From Marsupella aquatica (lineage: Eukaryota; Plantae; Marchantiophyta), in NCBI GenBank assembly GCA_973895155.1, contig OZ316895.1, positions 6,252,036-6,316,035 on the forward strand: a stretch of DNA of 64,000 bases. The letters run 5' to 3'. Every line of letters starts with the position of its first letter. Within the stretch, counting starts at the first letter, position 1. The position numbers were made by a program, and so were the translations under genes. Shown piece after piece: positions 51,224-64,000 of this stretch. Under the pieces are notes generated by a model. That model had not been told where the DNA came from and made no database searches. It saw only the letters and a program-made list of their open reading frames with translations.

Positions 51224-54200
51224 ATGGAGTCTAGAAGAGTGTCCATAGGTCACCCTCCCCCTTGGACCCATCCAACATCTGCCAGGTTGCCTCTACATCA
51301 TCCAATGAGGGTTTCCCAACACGACCAGAAGCTCTGGAATCGGGAACAGGCCAAAGTGGCACAGTCAGGTCCAAGTTCACGAATGAGATGTCCTTGCACT
51401 CAATGCAATGGCTCCCACACCAGAGTCTTGAGGCAGATTCATGGGCACTTGGCAATTCATGGGAGACACCCTCGTTGGCGTGTTACAAACGATCCGAATG
51501 AGGCTGATTCTTCAGATGAGGAATGGAGGGCTGACTTTGAGAATGCAAATAGTGCAAGGCGAGACCAGTTCTTCACTGGTGGGTTGGCAGATGTGATGAC
51601 TCAACTGGGTGGGTCCGAAGTCCTTCAGCAGCCTGTAGACGAAGGGATCAATGTTCAGCAAATGGTGCAGGATATTTTCCAGGACATGGATGCAATGCGA
51701 GAGGACATGGAAGATGCAGAAGAGTTTGAGACTGCACCGGGTGATGACCACGAGTCTTCAGATGAGTTCGAGATTGGGCAACAGGTTGCAGCTGGAGTGG
51801 ACACCATGTTTGGCTCCCCAACCGAAGTTCAGGAGGCCTTCAATCCGCTGTTCCCAGGAAACAATTGTTCCAAATTAGCATTTGTGCTAATGTTTCTGAA
51901 TATTTGTGGGAACCACAATGTGCCAAACAGCTTTGTGTCCGAGGTTCTGGCCTTCTTGCAGAAAACAGTGCTGCCAGGAGGTAATCTAGTGCCTAAAAAC
52001 ATGTACGAGGCAAAGAGACTAATATCAAAACTTGGGCTGAACTATGAGTCAATACATGTCTGTCCTGATGGGCATGTTCTTTTCAGAAACGAACATGAGA
52101 AGAAGTTGACATGCCCTACATGTGGGAAGCACAGGTACCGGAACAATGGGAAGTCCAAGCAACCTGCAAAAGTGCTCCGTCACTTTCCTATAATTCCCAG
52201 ACTGCAGAGAATGTTCAGGAGCCGTGCCATATCAGAGTTGATGACATGGACAGCTAAGTACAAAAGTTGAGATGGGCTACAACGCCATGCTGGAGATTCA
52301 AAGCAATGGAAGTTGATTGATGATGCGTATCCTGAGTTTGCTAGGGAGACAAGGAATGTTAGGCTTGGGTTATCATTGGATGGGGTGAACCCATTTGGCG
52401 AGAAGAACAATGCGTACTCTTGTTGGCCTATAACCCTTTTGAATTACAACCTTCCCCCATGGTTGACTACAAAGCGGTTCTTTGTAATGTTGGCATTGTT
52501 GATTCCAGGGCCAGACAGTGCTGTTGCAGCCAATATAGATGTGTATCTCGCTCCTCTAGTAGAGGAACTAAGAAAGCTATGGTACACTGGAGTGCTCACA
52601 TATGATATGCTGCAGAGGATTGGTGAAGCCAATCCATTCTTGCTTAGAGCTATTGTAATGTTGACTATTGCAGATTACCCTGCCCATAGCATGATTGCAG
52701 GCCAGGTTGGGAAAGGATATTTAGCTTGCACAAGATGTGGCCCCCATGTGACAAGTGACTATTCAAAGTCCTTGAAGTGTATCAAATACCTTGGTCACCG
52801 TCAATTTCTGCCCTTTGATCACCCTTACAGACGTAGACCCAATCTTATAGCACATTTTAACAAGCGCACGGAGCTCCGCAGTCCCCCACCTCGAGTGAAG
52901 AAGGAGCAAATAAGTTCTTGGGGGGCTGCCAAGGCACAGTATGATGCAGATGGAGGAGCAAAGGATGGAGTACGGGATCCTGCAAGGTTGTATGGTGTGA
53001 AACGACAGTCCATTTTGGACTTGCAGCTGGAGTATTGGCGAGTAAGCTCCTCTCCCCAACAACCCATATATGTGATTCAGTCAATTTAGTTGTTAGATTG
53101 TATGAAGTAGTATGTATGTATTATGAAGATTGAGATTTGCTCACTGCTTGATGTTTTGGAGTTGCAGGAGTTTGATCCAAACAAACATAATATTGATGTT
53201 ATGCACATAGAGAAGAACATATGCGAGAGTCTACTCCGATTTTTGAGTGGAGAAAAGGACACGGGTTCTGTACGTATGGATCTACAGGAGGGGAATTCGA
53301 CCCCACCTTTGGCTTACATCACACCCGAGCAGGGCAAACATGTTTTTGAAGTACCAAGCACCATATTGTTGCACAGACACAGAGTGGCAAACCTTTTTAT
53401 CAAGGTTGAGTTCACTCCGAGCTCCCACAGATTATGCTAGTGCATTCAAGAGGCATGTGAAGGATAACAAATTCCAATTTGGTAGTATGAAAACCCATGA
53501 CTACCATGTCATGATGCAACAAGTCCTGCCATTGTGCCTGAGAGGCCTCATGCAAGAGCCTGTGCGTAAAGTTATACTGCGTCTGAGTGATGTGTTCCGT
53601 AGAGTTTGTGTGAAGGTGTGGGATGCTGCACAGTTTCCCCAGTTGAAGAAAGATGTGGCAATATTGTTGTGCGATCTTGAAATATATTTCCCGCCTGCAT
53701 TCTTTGATGTAATGACTCATCTGCTCATCCATGTTGTGGAAGAAATAGACCAGTACGGGCCGGTGACAGCACGCTGGTTGTACCCCCTGGAGCGGTACAT
53801 GAAGTTGATGAAGGGTCATGTGAGATCTTACTATAGGCTAGAGGCAAGTATGGCTCGGGGTTATATAAAAGATGAAACTCTGGGCTACATCACAGAGTAC
53901 CTAGCAGATTATGAGCATGTGACAAGGCAAGTATGGAATTCTGATGAAGAAGAAGGGGTGTCTGGGGAAGTCCTACAAGGTGCTGCAACCACAGTGAAGC
54001 TGACCATTGAAATTAGAGACTTGGCTCATCAGTACGTTCTGGAAAACACTGATGCAATGCAACCCTAGCTGGAGTGAGTACCTACTTTGGTCTCCCTGTA
54101 TGTAACTTGTTTTCAATTTTCTTTACTGCCCTTGGTTTCTAAATTGCAGATATGTATAGAATGTGTACTCTGATTGCTAAATCCATGCACTTATATGTGT

Positions 54201-55090
54201 AGGGAGTACGAGGCACAGAAGGCTATTCAATCAAGCACGTCTACCACATTCCCATGCATGTCAGAATGGCTGAGATGCACAGTTCGAGAGCATCATGCAA
54301 GCCATCCTAATATGGATGCAGATGTCTATCTCCTCTCCAATCCTCCACGGTTGCTGGTAAAGTCTTACAAACGGATGGCAGCATATGGCAATCACTATAG
54401 AGTGAGAGATGAAACAACTTCTTCCAGGGTAACATATGATTGTGGGCTCATTTGTGTATTTCAGCATGAGAGCCCAGATGAAAGTAGTGGAGTGTTGCAG
54501 ATGGGGTATGTAGGAGAACTAAGTGATATCTGGCTTCTTGACTATGGAGCCACATCCACTCCTGTAATTTTGATGAAGGGTGAATGGGTAAGACAAGTGT
54601 GGCGTGGTAACAGGGCCAGTATGAAAAGAGACCGGGATGGCTTTCTGCTTGCCAATTTCAAGTCCAAGTTGCCCGAATGGGAGCAACCTTTTGTGTATCC
54701 CAGTCAGGTGGAGCAGGCCTTCTTCTTGGATGTGGAAGAGAACCCAGGTTGGAGGGTTGTGTGTCATAAGCAGCCCAGAAATCGTAGGGTAGAAGGCTCA
54801 AAGCTAGAGTTTCATTTAGATAGACATAGTGCATTTGAACAACCACGTACTAGAGACGTTGGTACTGTTCAGACAAGCACAGAGTATGTTTCTCTAAAAC
54901 GGGTGGATGCTTGGGAGGGTGGGGAGCCATTTGTAGAGGCTGAGCTTGACACCATGCGTATGCAATAATGTTTGTCATTGAATAGGATGGAAGAAGATGA
55001 TGATGAGATGAGTGAGTCTGAAAAGCAAGCCATGATACGTGCAGCATATGTTGATGAGAGGTTGGTAGCTTTGGGAGCTGAGCTCAGATA
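51224..55090 (+). pseudogene. CACTA TnpD-like transposase (transposase-associated domain, Transposase_21, DUF4218, DUF4216), spliced and disrupted
   Basis: CPCTQC...HL..HG, IHVCPDGHVLFR...CPTCG, RNVRLGLSLDGVNPF, NLPPW, IDVYLAPLVEEL, DYPA, HNIDVMHIEKN, MKTHDYH, FPPAFFDVMTHLLIH, WLYPLER and EQPFVYPSQVEQAF. Probable introns 53042-53167 and 54074-54202; stops at 52268, 54066, 54966; frameshift ~53290. Confidence 0.92.
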
Positions 55091-55219
55091 GGGATTTTCC
55101 GGTTTGTAAGGGAACAATTATCATCCACAGAACCTATCCAGACTTTGCTCATTAATTGGAATGAATGTAGCTATGTTTACTAGAGTTGTTCAATGGATGT
55201 TGCTTTTGGATGGCTTGCA

Positions 55220-58200
55220 GGCTCCCAGATAGGAGAAGTGTAGTGCACAGAAGGGCTAGGCAAAGCATCAGTGACAGTGCAAGTGGACCTCGGCGACGCA
55301 GTGAGAGACTAGCAGTGAAGGACATTCCATCGATGGTAGATTCTGCAGATGATGGGCAAGATGTTGGGTCCGGTGAAAACCATAAGGAATTTGATGATGT
55401 AGAGTACTATCCAGAGGAGGAGCCCGATGCAGATGATGAAGAATATGGGCAGGGCAAGCGTACTATGGAGGAGCCCAAGAAAATTGTGGTAATGAAGTGT
55501 TGAAGTAGTGTATCACAGTAGTGATATGTTTGGCTCATGTGAGTGTGGCAAGTCAGAGGAAGATACTTCTTTTAAGTTTATTGTCCTTGCACATATGTTC
55601 TTGCAGGCTAAGAGAGGTGGACTTGCTGCTCGGGGTATGGGCCGTGGGCACAGTACAACAACATCTGGAGGGAAAAGCACAGTGCATTACATTGCACGTG
55701 GGTCCGGACCAGTGGGGCGTGCTGGGCACATACCACCTCCACCTCCAGGTAAAACCCAACAGAGCAGTGGGTATGGAACAACAACTGTTGGTGTAGGTGG
55801 TCACACTGTTGTGTATGGAGCTGCACCACGTGGTGGGCACATCCCACCCTCCTTTGCAAGTAGAGCAACAACACATACCCACAGCACAGGTCAGGTTAGA
55901 GCAACCCCATGCATGCAGCGAGGGGTACACTGTGGTGTATGGAGCACCACCAACACACAGTGCACCCTCTCAGGGGAGAGCAGCCCCACAAGTGGATGGG
56001 TATGGACCACCACCACCTGTTGGGCACACTGTTGTGTATGTTACAGGTCCACCACCACCACACATTACACGGGGCCAAGGTAGACCAACACAACATACTG
56101 AGCAGTATGGAGCAACAAGAGACGATTGGAGATGTGAGTAGGGATTGCCCTTCAATTCTGGCATTTATGTAAATTACTTTGGAAATAAAGGGTATGCTAG
56201 TGTGATGTTAAAGACCTAATTAAAGTGCTTAATTATTTGACTGCAGATTCTGCCCATCCTGATTGGGGAGTAACTGACAAGCAGGTTTACTATGAACCTG
56301 AAGTAGAGGCAGGACAAGGGACAACTGTAGCCTATGGTTCTGAGCAATGGCCAGAGCCTGATTGGTTGGCTGGTGGGGAAGATGTACAGGTAGTTGAGCC
56401 TGCCTCTTATCCACAGAGTGTTGGCAAAGCATCTGGTAAGTTACACTTACGAAACAATAAACAATTGCAATTGGTATCCACTATTTGACATATACAAAGG
56501 TATTGATGTTACTATTGTATGATGTCACATGGATGTGGGATGATGCAGGGGGCATTAGAAGTCCACTAAAGGGTAGTACAAAAGTTCCAGCAAATCCTAA
56601 ACCTGTCACACCAAGCAGTACCACAGAAAGCAATACAGGACCTGACAGAACCAAGAAAGGAGTAGTGGAGATTGGGAGCAACCGTTGGGTGAACAGTGCA
56701 TCTGCAAGGAAGAATCATTGGTTGACTGACTTGAAAGGTGAAATATTGCAATGGCTGGATTTGAGTGTGGTGAAGTGAATTTTGTGCGGCAGCATCCAGC
56801 GGATTGGCAACAAGTTGTTGAAAATGTAGCCGCAAAATGGAAATATGTGGGCCATCCGGATGGAGTAGCCATGGAGTGTCTTCAGGCTCATGCAAAGACA
56901 ATTCTGAAGAATGAGAGGTGGAGATTGCACGTGTTGTTTCAAGAAGGTGGAGAGGACCAAAGAATGTATGCTCCCCCATTGACAGATCCTCTTCAATGGA
57001 GCAAGCTAGTCCATCACTTCTTGAGTGAATCCGGCAGGAGTAAGAGCTCCCAGATGGCATATGCACGTGGCAATGTTCAGAACCTTAACTTGACAGGAAG
57101 AAAAGGGAATGCTCCAATAGTAGAGCAGTTGGTAAGAATAATCGTTGGATTGACAGACCTAGCTTCTACAGTGTATTTGAGTTTTTTTTGTGTCCGAGCA
57201 AATAATGTGTGAAAATATGTTGTATGTAGAAGGCACAAAATGGACAGTCCCCTACAAAAGAAGAGGTGAGAGCTGAAGCAAGAAAACAGAAGCAGAAATC
57301 TGGCCAGAGTGATCCTTCAAACCAAGTGAGTACTCATACCAGATAGTGTTTTTTTTCGCTCCACATTCCATAGTTTGCATGAACAATGGGACCATATATT
57401 ATTTTTGAGGTGTAATGGATTGACTCTGTTGGACATATGTGTTTGCAGGGAGGTGGATCATGTTCTCTTAGCAATTTATCAGATCGTGTGAAATGTATGG
57501 AGTCTCATGAGAATGATGTGACCGTGAAATTGAGTGAAATGGCAAGTGAGTTGACTGCTTTAAAGGAAGATGTTTAGAAGCTTATGAATTCGTGTGCAAG
57601 AAGACCAATACAAATGTATAATGAATGCAATATGGAATGGAGGTTCTAGAGACCTGCCACATTACTCCAATTTGATGAATCCAGAGGGTAACATTGAACA
57701 GCAAATGGAGGGTGAGCCCACAAAAAGGGATACAATGGAGGGTACCATGGCCCCAGCAATGGAAGGTAAGGTTTCTCATATGTTTCCATGATTGGAGATG
57801 AGACAAAAAATGTGTTTTGTTATATGTTTTCATGATTGGAGATAAGGCAAAAATGTTGATAGGCTGTTGACTTGCTATTTTGTTATTGCAGAGGTTACCA
57901 ATGTACTGAATACCCCCAGTTTGGATCCATATGAAGAGTTCATAGAAGTTGCCAAAGCCTGTGAGAATGGATGCGAAACAAAGGGCCAGGTGGAGACCCA
58001 AATTCCATCACAGGCAGGTGACATACAGGGTGTGACCACAGACGGTGGAGTAGAAGTAGAGCTTTCAGCTGCTGGGAGACCTATTCGGAAGGTGAAGAGT
58101 CGGGCCAGGGCAAGTGGTAGAGTGGCAGCGGCAAAGAAGCGTAAAGCTGATGCATAATTGAAGACTTAGGCATATCCTGAGTATGTATTGTTCTCACCAC

Positions 58201-58442
58201 AGCAAAATGAGTTGTGTGTAGGGTATGGAAAATTGCGCCCAGAGCAGATTACATTCCATTGCAAAGAAGTACCAACAGGGTATTCTGTAGTGTTGTTGAC
58301 AAAGCTTGTGAAGCCAAAGACCCCTTTGCCAGTTCCTAATTTGAATGATGACCCGCCACAGACAACTATTGTAGATGCTTTTAACTCTTTGGTGTTGTGG
58401 CCAACAGAATACATAGGGACACCTGAAATGTGTGGTTTGTAG
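55220..58442 (+). pseudogene. CACTA second gene (TnpA-like), multi-exon, disrupted
   Basis: Acidic exon, Gly/Pro/His repeat exon, QWSKLVHHFLSE...SSQMAYAR...TGRKG (Transposase_24-like), coiled coil, and C-terminal VGYGKL...LPVP...DAFNSLVLWP typical of En/Spm ORF2 after two in-frame stops. Exon boundaries approximate. Confidence 0.7.
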
Positions 58443-60240
58443 TTTTAGCCTAAACTTACAAACAACTGCATGATTGGTGCCAAATGTTATCGAGATATTT
58501 CATAATGCAGAGTTGAATTGAGATTCACTGGATCATCCACTGATCATGTTGTGACAACTTTGTTTGTATGAAATTATGCATGTGTGTTCAATAGTTAATA
58601 TGAGTTCTAAGATTCTAATAGAACTATGTTGTCTCTCATGTTTTCATGTAAGACTTGTGTACTTGTTTGCTTGAGTGCTTGAATGTATGCTTGTATGCTT
58701 CAGTTGACTATTAGTCATGGTTCTAGTGCTATGTGCAGGCTGCAATTGCCTCACCCTTTTGGTCAAAATCTTTGACCAAAAGGGTCAAAGAATGCAGTTG
58801 TGAACTAGACTAATGAGTCATTTTGGGTCATTAAGATATCAAGTGATATATTACATCATGGTCCCCAATAAGACCAACCAGTCTAGCCCAATCTTAAGAT
58901 TTTTAAGAATGATTAGTCATTTGTAGTCATCATCGGTCACTAATGTGCCCATATACTCTAAACTTTAAAGACCAGGTAGTCATAATCAGTCACCTGTGTT
59001 CTGATATTGAACCATAGCACCAGTCATATATGCGAAAGGCTACTCTTCCTCACTGACTCTTTGTGACTAATTCATACCTCATTTTGAGTCATACAAATGA
59101 CTACTTTGCAGTCATTTATAAGACTACACCTTCTCCTAATCCCAAAATGCCCAAGTACGGATGTGGTCATTATTAGTCACAAAATGTGTCTTAAACCCTA
59201 GTCACATAAATGACCACTCGATTTCAGTCACTTTAAATAAGACTCTATGTCAAAATTACGACTGGCTTGATACCCCCCAAACTTTAGTCACAAGGAGTCA
59301 TGGGCAGTCGTAACGCTTAGTCATAAAACACCCCGGTTTCTACTAGTGGGAGGGAAGAGGTGGTTAGCGTGAGTACACTCAATCTCCTACCCTTTAGCCT
59401 TTCCCTTAGCCTCATCCCAGATTGGAATCAACTTGTCACCAGAAATCATCTTTGAATCCACAACAGGCTGGTCTACTGGGTCATGGATACGTTTTAGGAC
59501 ATGAAGACTGTCATGAGGCTGCCCACAAGGAACCTAATGAAGGCCAAGATGAAAGACATTTCTAGAGAGGACATTGTTGGCAATAGCTATCTGACTCTCA
59601 ATATGAGTGTTTTGTAGCCTTTCATGGGAGGAGAGACACAATGCTTCCCAAGCCATGGCTAACCCATTTGTATTGACAAGATAGTCCGAGTCCTTGTCAG
59701 ACTGAAAGGTGCTAACAATCAACCATTCAATGTAGTTGAATGGAATGGACGTTGGCTTCCATTCTTGATGAAATTCAGAAATAGATTGAAGGTTGTTATC
59801 AAAGCATGCTACATGAGAAGACTGGCCAACTTCCACGATTGTGAGCGATGGAATTAATTGAAACCTGCAAGCACATATTTGACAATTAATACTATAGGAG
59901 ACAAAATTCATTTTTAGGCACAACTTCCTATTGTAGCAAACCCCATAGCAAACAATTTGCATAGGACTGTTATTGGAACAATTACCTTCAGAATACTTGG
60001 CGAAGTCTTATGTCAACTAACAATGCTTTGTTGGAGTCACAATCTAAAACTGCCCGGTGACATATCAATTTCAAGATCCACAGGTTTGATTGCTAAGGAA
60101 TTCAAGATTCTTGCAGAGGTGATAAAGACATACTAATCATTCAAAAAGTGATTGATTCATAAAGCAATGATTTTCTGATTCAGCAGGGCAAGTTGCTGTG
60201 ATTTTCTGATTCAATAGGGTGAGGTGCTATTGAGTTGGCC

Positions 60241-60667
60241 CTCGGGGGTTTCACTTTCATAAAAATGACACATCAAGTGCGAGAAATATAGAGTTATTTA
60301 TTGGTTTGAAAAATATTTAAGAATTTTTGTAGAAGAACAATAGGGTCATTTAAATCCAATTTTGATATATATAAGAACATTAGGGTTTTTTAATCAAAAT
60401 TTCGGAATATTCCAAGAAGATTAGGGAAAATTATAGAGAGGGTTAATTAAGCATATCTCTCTTCAACCCCTATAAAGTTGAAATGTTTTTGGAATATTCT
60501 AAAAAAATTGGTTAGAAAGAACTTAATATTCTTATAAGTCTCAATTGGATTTAAAAGATGCTATTATATTTTTGAGAAAATTCTTAAGTTTTTCTTTTAA
60601 ATTAATAAAATAATTTTAACATTCATAGTAGATAATATGTCATTTGTGTGAAAGTGAAATCTTCAAG
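60241..60667. mobile_element. Two partial copies of the 296-bp MITE in inverted orientation (foldback)
   Basis: 60241-60418 matches the reverse complement, and 60466-60667 the forward strand, of the same part of 21687-21890. Confidence 0.75.
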
Positions 60668-60669
60668 TC

Positions 60670-61700
60670 ATTATTGAGAAAAATAAAACTAAAATCATGA
60701 ACAAATTACATGAACCAAAAACTTTTTGTTTACTATTAAACATTCTTTATAGATGATTTTTAAAATAGAATTAAATAAATAATAAAAAAACAAACATATA
60801 ATTATAAATCATTATTCATTATTTAAATTTTAATATATATTAATTTTTTTAATTTTTAATAATAAATAATTTTAATTAATTTAATATATTTTTATATTTT
60901 TATTATAATTAAAAAAATATTATATTAAAAAAATATCAATGCACTTTTATCTGATAGTGATATTTTATATTTAATATTTTTTAATTATTAATTATTATAT
61001 AGAACATATCAAATATATATATCCTATATAATAATTAATATTATTAACATAATGATTGATATTGAAAATATATTATAATTATTAATATAAATATAAAATA
61101 TTTTTAAAAACATGAAATTATTAAAAATCAAAATAATTTTTTAAAATATAGTTATAAAAATTTTAAAATATATATTTAATAATTATTTTATATTTAAAAA
61201 ATACAAAAACTATTTTAAAATAATTTAATAATATATAAAATAAAATAATTTAAAAAAAGTAATATATATAAATTAATTGGTTTATTATATAGTTAATAAA
61301 TTATAATATTTTTTGTATTTTTAATATTAAATTTTAAACCTTATATTATAAAAATAAGTCACTTATTTATTTATTATATAAAAATTTTCATAAATTTAAT
61401 AATATATATTTATTTTATATTATAAACTATAAATTCTATTAAATTTATATATATAAAGAAATGGTAAATATTTAAAATAAAAAAATTTTATTTTATAAAA
61501 AATTAATATTTATAAAAAATATAATTTATATTTAAAAAATTAAATTAAATATTAATTTTTTATGAATATAAATTTATAAATTTATATATTATATAATAAT
61601 TATATAAATTATTATTTATTATTTTTAAATAATTCTAGATAATATGAAATAAATGATAGCATTATAAATTTATTTGAGAAATATACAATAAATATTTTTA
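60670..61700. other. Extremely AT-rich low-complexity island
   Basis: About 1 kb with very few G or C bases and no long ORF. Confidence 0.9.
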
Positions 61701-63092
61701 ATGTGTGTTAGTCAAAGCAGGTCTTATGGTTACAAGAGTTTTATTGTAAAACTAATTAATTTGATGTTTTGAAACGAAATATTCATATGGGATGGTGTTT
61801 AGGGTTCCAGAAATCAATCTAGACTTCGTTTGCCCTAAATTAGAAGGCCTATCATGCCAAAAGTGTGAACCCATGGAGTCTGGTACATCGAGTCTGTGGT
61901 AGATCCAAAGTCATGATAAAAACAGCCAGCCCATTCTGAACACAATCCGATCTTCGAAGGATAGGTCTCGCAAGAGAAAACTTCCAATCATGGCAAAGTT
62001 AGCCACAAGTCTTTCGATTTCGCCATGATCTTTGTCCACGAGAAGTGAGAGACCAGGAAAATTAACCTATGTAAGCTACGATTATGACCACCACCAACAA
62101 ACGAGCGGTCGCCAAGTGATTTGAGATTTGAGTAAGTTCGGTGGACACAGATGCAGTGGAAGAAAATTCAAGATATGTGCCATCCCGTGGCCAGAAATCG
62201 CGAACTTCAGACCGGAGAGACATTTGACTTATCGCCAAGCACTTAACTCGAAGACCATAGCGTCAAAACCAGTATCTGAATTCGAGCTGAGAGACAAACC
62301 ACCGTTCTAGACGACACATTGGCCGTGATGCAAACGACCTTCATCAGTAGCAACCGTGATGAAGTGAGAAACCCGGTTGCCTGTCCGCATAAGCATTGAG
62401 CGAAGTTGACAAAAGAAGATGACCATTTTTATTGAACTCAATGAGGTACTCTCGACCTGAGCGCAGAAAGTCGCGTCTCACTGTTGGAAGAATAACCCTT
62501 GCACAGATTTCAATTTTTCCATGATTGTCGAGTAAAGACACTGCGAAAATCTACGTGCTATCGAATCTACGCTTGCTATCAAATTCAGACGAGACTATTC
62601 AGCTAGTACATCTGAGAATTCGATCCCAGCCAGAAGTCATGAACTTATTCCGTGTGATCAAGAGGACGTATTCTGGGCACAGATCGCTCTATCAGCGGAA
62701 GTAAGGAAGCCAGTTGGGACAATAACAATGCAAGTGAAGGAAATCGACCGATAATGGACACCAGTAGGGCACAGTCTGGTGAACTGACAAAGGACTTCCA
62801 TATGCGACTAACCGATGAGCAGAATTCACTGAAAGGATAATGTCAGTAATTTCTTCCCGCGGCTTCCACAATGACAACCCAGCTGAAAGACTCCGATAAT
62901 GTGATCGATTCAGTGCGCCACACTACTCGACCTGGACAAGCATAACTTGGATCCCACAAGGAGCGCCTGCACTCGCAGAAGCATTGGAATTTTCGGTCCG
63001 AACGGGGGTCCGAGTAATACTTCGACAGTTCTGAATGCTTGGTGAAGTGAGTTGGCGAGAAAAAAATTTAAAATCCAGTAGGATTACCGATG

Positions 63093-63851
63093 TAAGTAAG
63101 ACCCCGAGTGTGAACTGTTTCCTGGAGATCCACACCAAATACATTTGCTATTGTCTTGATGTAGATCTCCAGGATCCAGCTCTCACTTTAGAAGTCTGTG
63201 CACGAATCCTGGGTTGATCATATGGATACCGTCACCAAGTGTAAATTAAATCCCAGCCAGACCTAATGACATAAGAGGCCGTATTCAGTGTTTTCGAAAT
63301 AACGGATGTATCATCATGATCGACCGCTTGTGTATTCAAAATGACGGAAGTACCATCATGATCAACCGACAAGCACAGGCGACCAAATCCATTTGGACAT
63401 TGACAATGCACATTTTTTTGGAGTCACGGATATCCCAATGAAAAACTAGTAGTAAGCTGAGGAACGACTGCCATAAGGGAGCGATGGGCAGAAGTGACCA
63501 CTCTTTCCTAATTTCAAAAGACTTTCCACACTTCCACACCGAAAAAATGCGCAGCTGATGATCGCAAACGATCTGATCAACAAATCACTCGACCTGGACA
63601 TACCTTTGGCGCACAACGAGTGCTTGAACCACTTGCTTAAGGGTTGGACGTTTCGGACCAACCGCTACTTGGGCAGTCTTCACGACTCCGGTGGCGTAAG
63701 CTTACGGGCAGGAATTTTAACCCTAAAAAACGTTCTTCACATAAGTAAGACCCCGTGTGTGAACTGGATACTTGAGATCCACATCAACTTCATTCCGAAA
63801 TGTCGTCTCGATGTAGATCTCCAGGATCCAGCTCTCACTTCAGAAGTCTGT
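63093..63851. repeat. Diverged direct repeat (63093-63199 versus 63742-63851, ~650-bp offset)
   Basis: TAAGTAAGACCCCG.GTGTGAACTG and GATGTAGATCTCCAGGATCCAGCTCTCACTT.AGAAGTCTGT occur in both. Confidence 0.85.
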
Positions 63852-64000
63852 TAGACGAAGCTGGTGTTTCCGATAATCATGTACATGAGCTTTACTTAAA
63901 CAGCTACAATCCACCGTCCACTGGTTTCTGCTGCCCAATCGCTAGCTCCATAGTGTCCTTACACTGAATGACCAAGACACTAGAATGCTCCATGGTCCCA

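Larger units (their letters stand above)
49450..59348 (+). mobile_element. Full-length CACTA (En/Spm) DNA transposon, 9899 bp, coding regions mutated
   Basis: 29-bp TIR CACTAGTAGAAACCGGGGTGTTTT(G/A)TGAC, 3-bp TSD GGA (49447-49449, 59349-59351), many subterminal TGAC/GTCA motifs, TnpD- and TnpA-like genes. Confidence 0.97.

Noticed and set aside
59534-59962. 142-aa minus-strand ORF next to the CACTA end
   Set aside because: Outside the TIR, no recognisable domain and no consistent splice structure.

Overview
Eukaryotic, repeat-rich land-plant DNA (inferred; a non-seed plant is plausible from the Gypsy lineage). 1-24.5 kb is a nest of LTR retrotransposons: two related Tork/Tnt1-like Copia elements, a near-complete non-chromovirus Ty3/Gypsy element with ~99% identical LTRs, and two further LTR-like inserts. 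It also holds small TIR elements and a local inversion. One apparently intact host gene lies at 28121-32436 (-): a 6-exon glycosyltransferase family 90 (CAP10/POGLUT-like) gene of ~492 aa. 33-49 kb is intergenic, with MITEs, a nested TTAA-site element and a Mutator transposase remnant. 49450-59348 is a full-length but mutated CACTA (En/Spm) transposon carrying BRCT-like and F-box cargo ORFs upstream of its transposase. 60.2-61.7 kb is a foldback MITE grading into an extremely AT-rich island with C>T/G>A erosion. Best leads: the CACTA BRCT + F-box cargo, and a -1 frameshift signal (G_GAU_UUC plus pseudoknot) between gag-protease and RT in the Gypsy element. All calls are by eye; no database searches were run.
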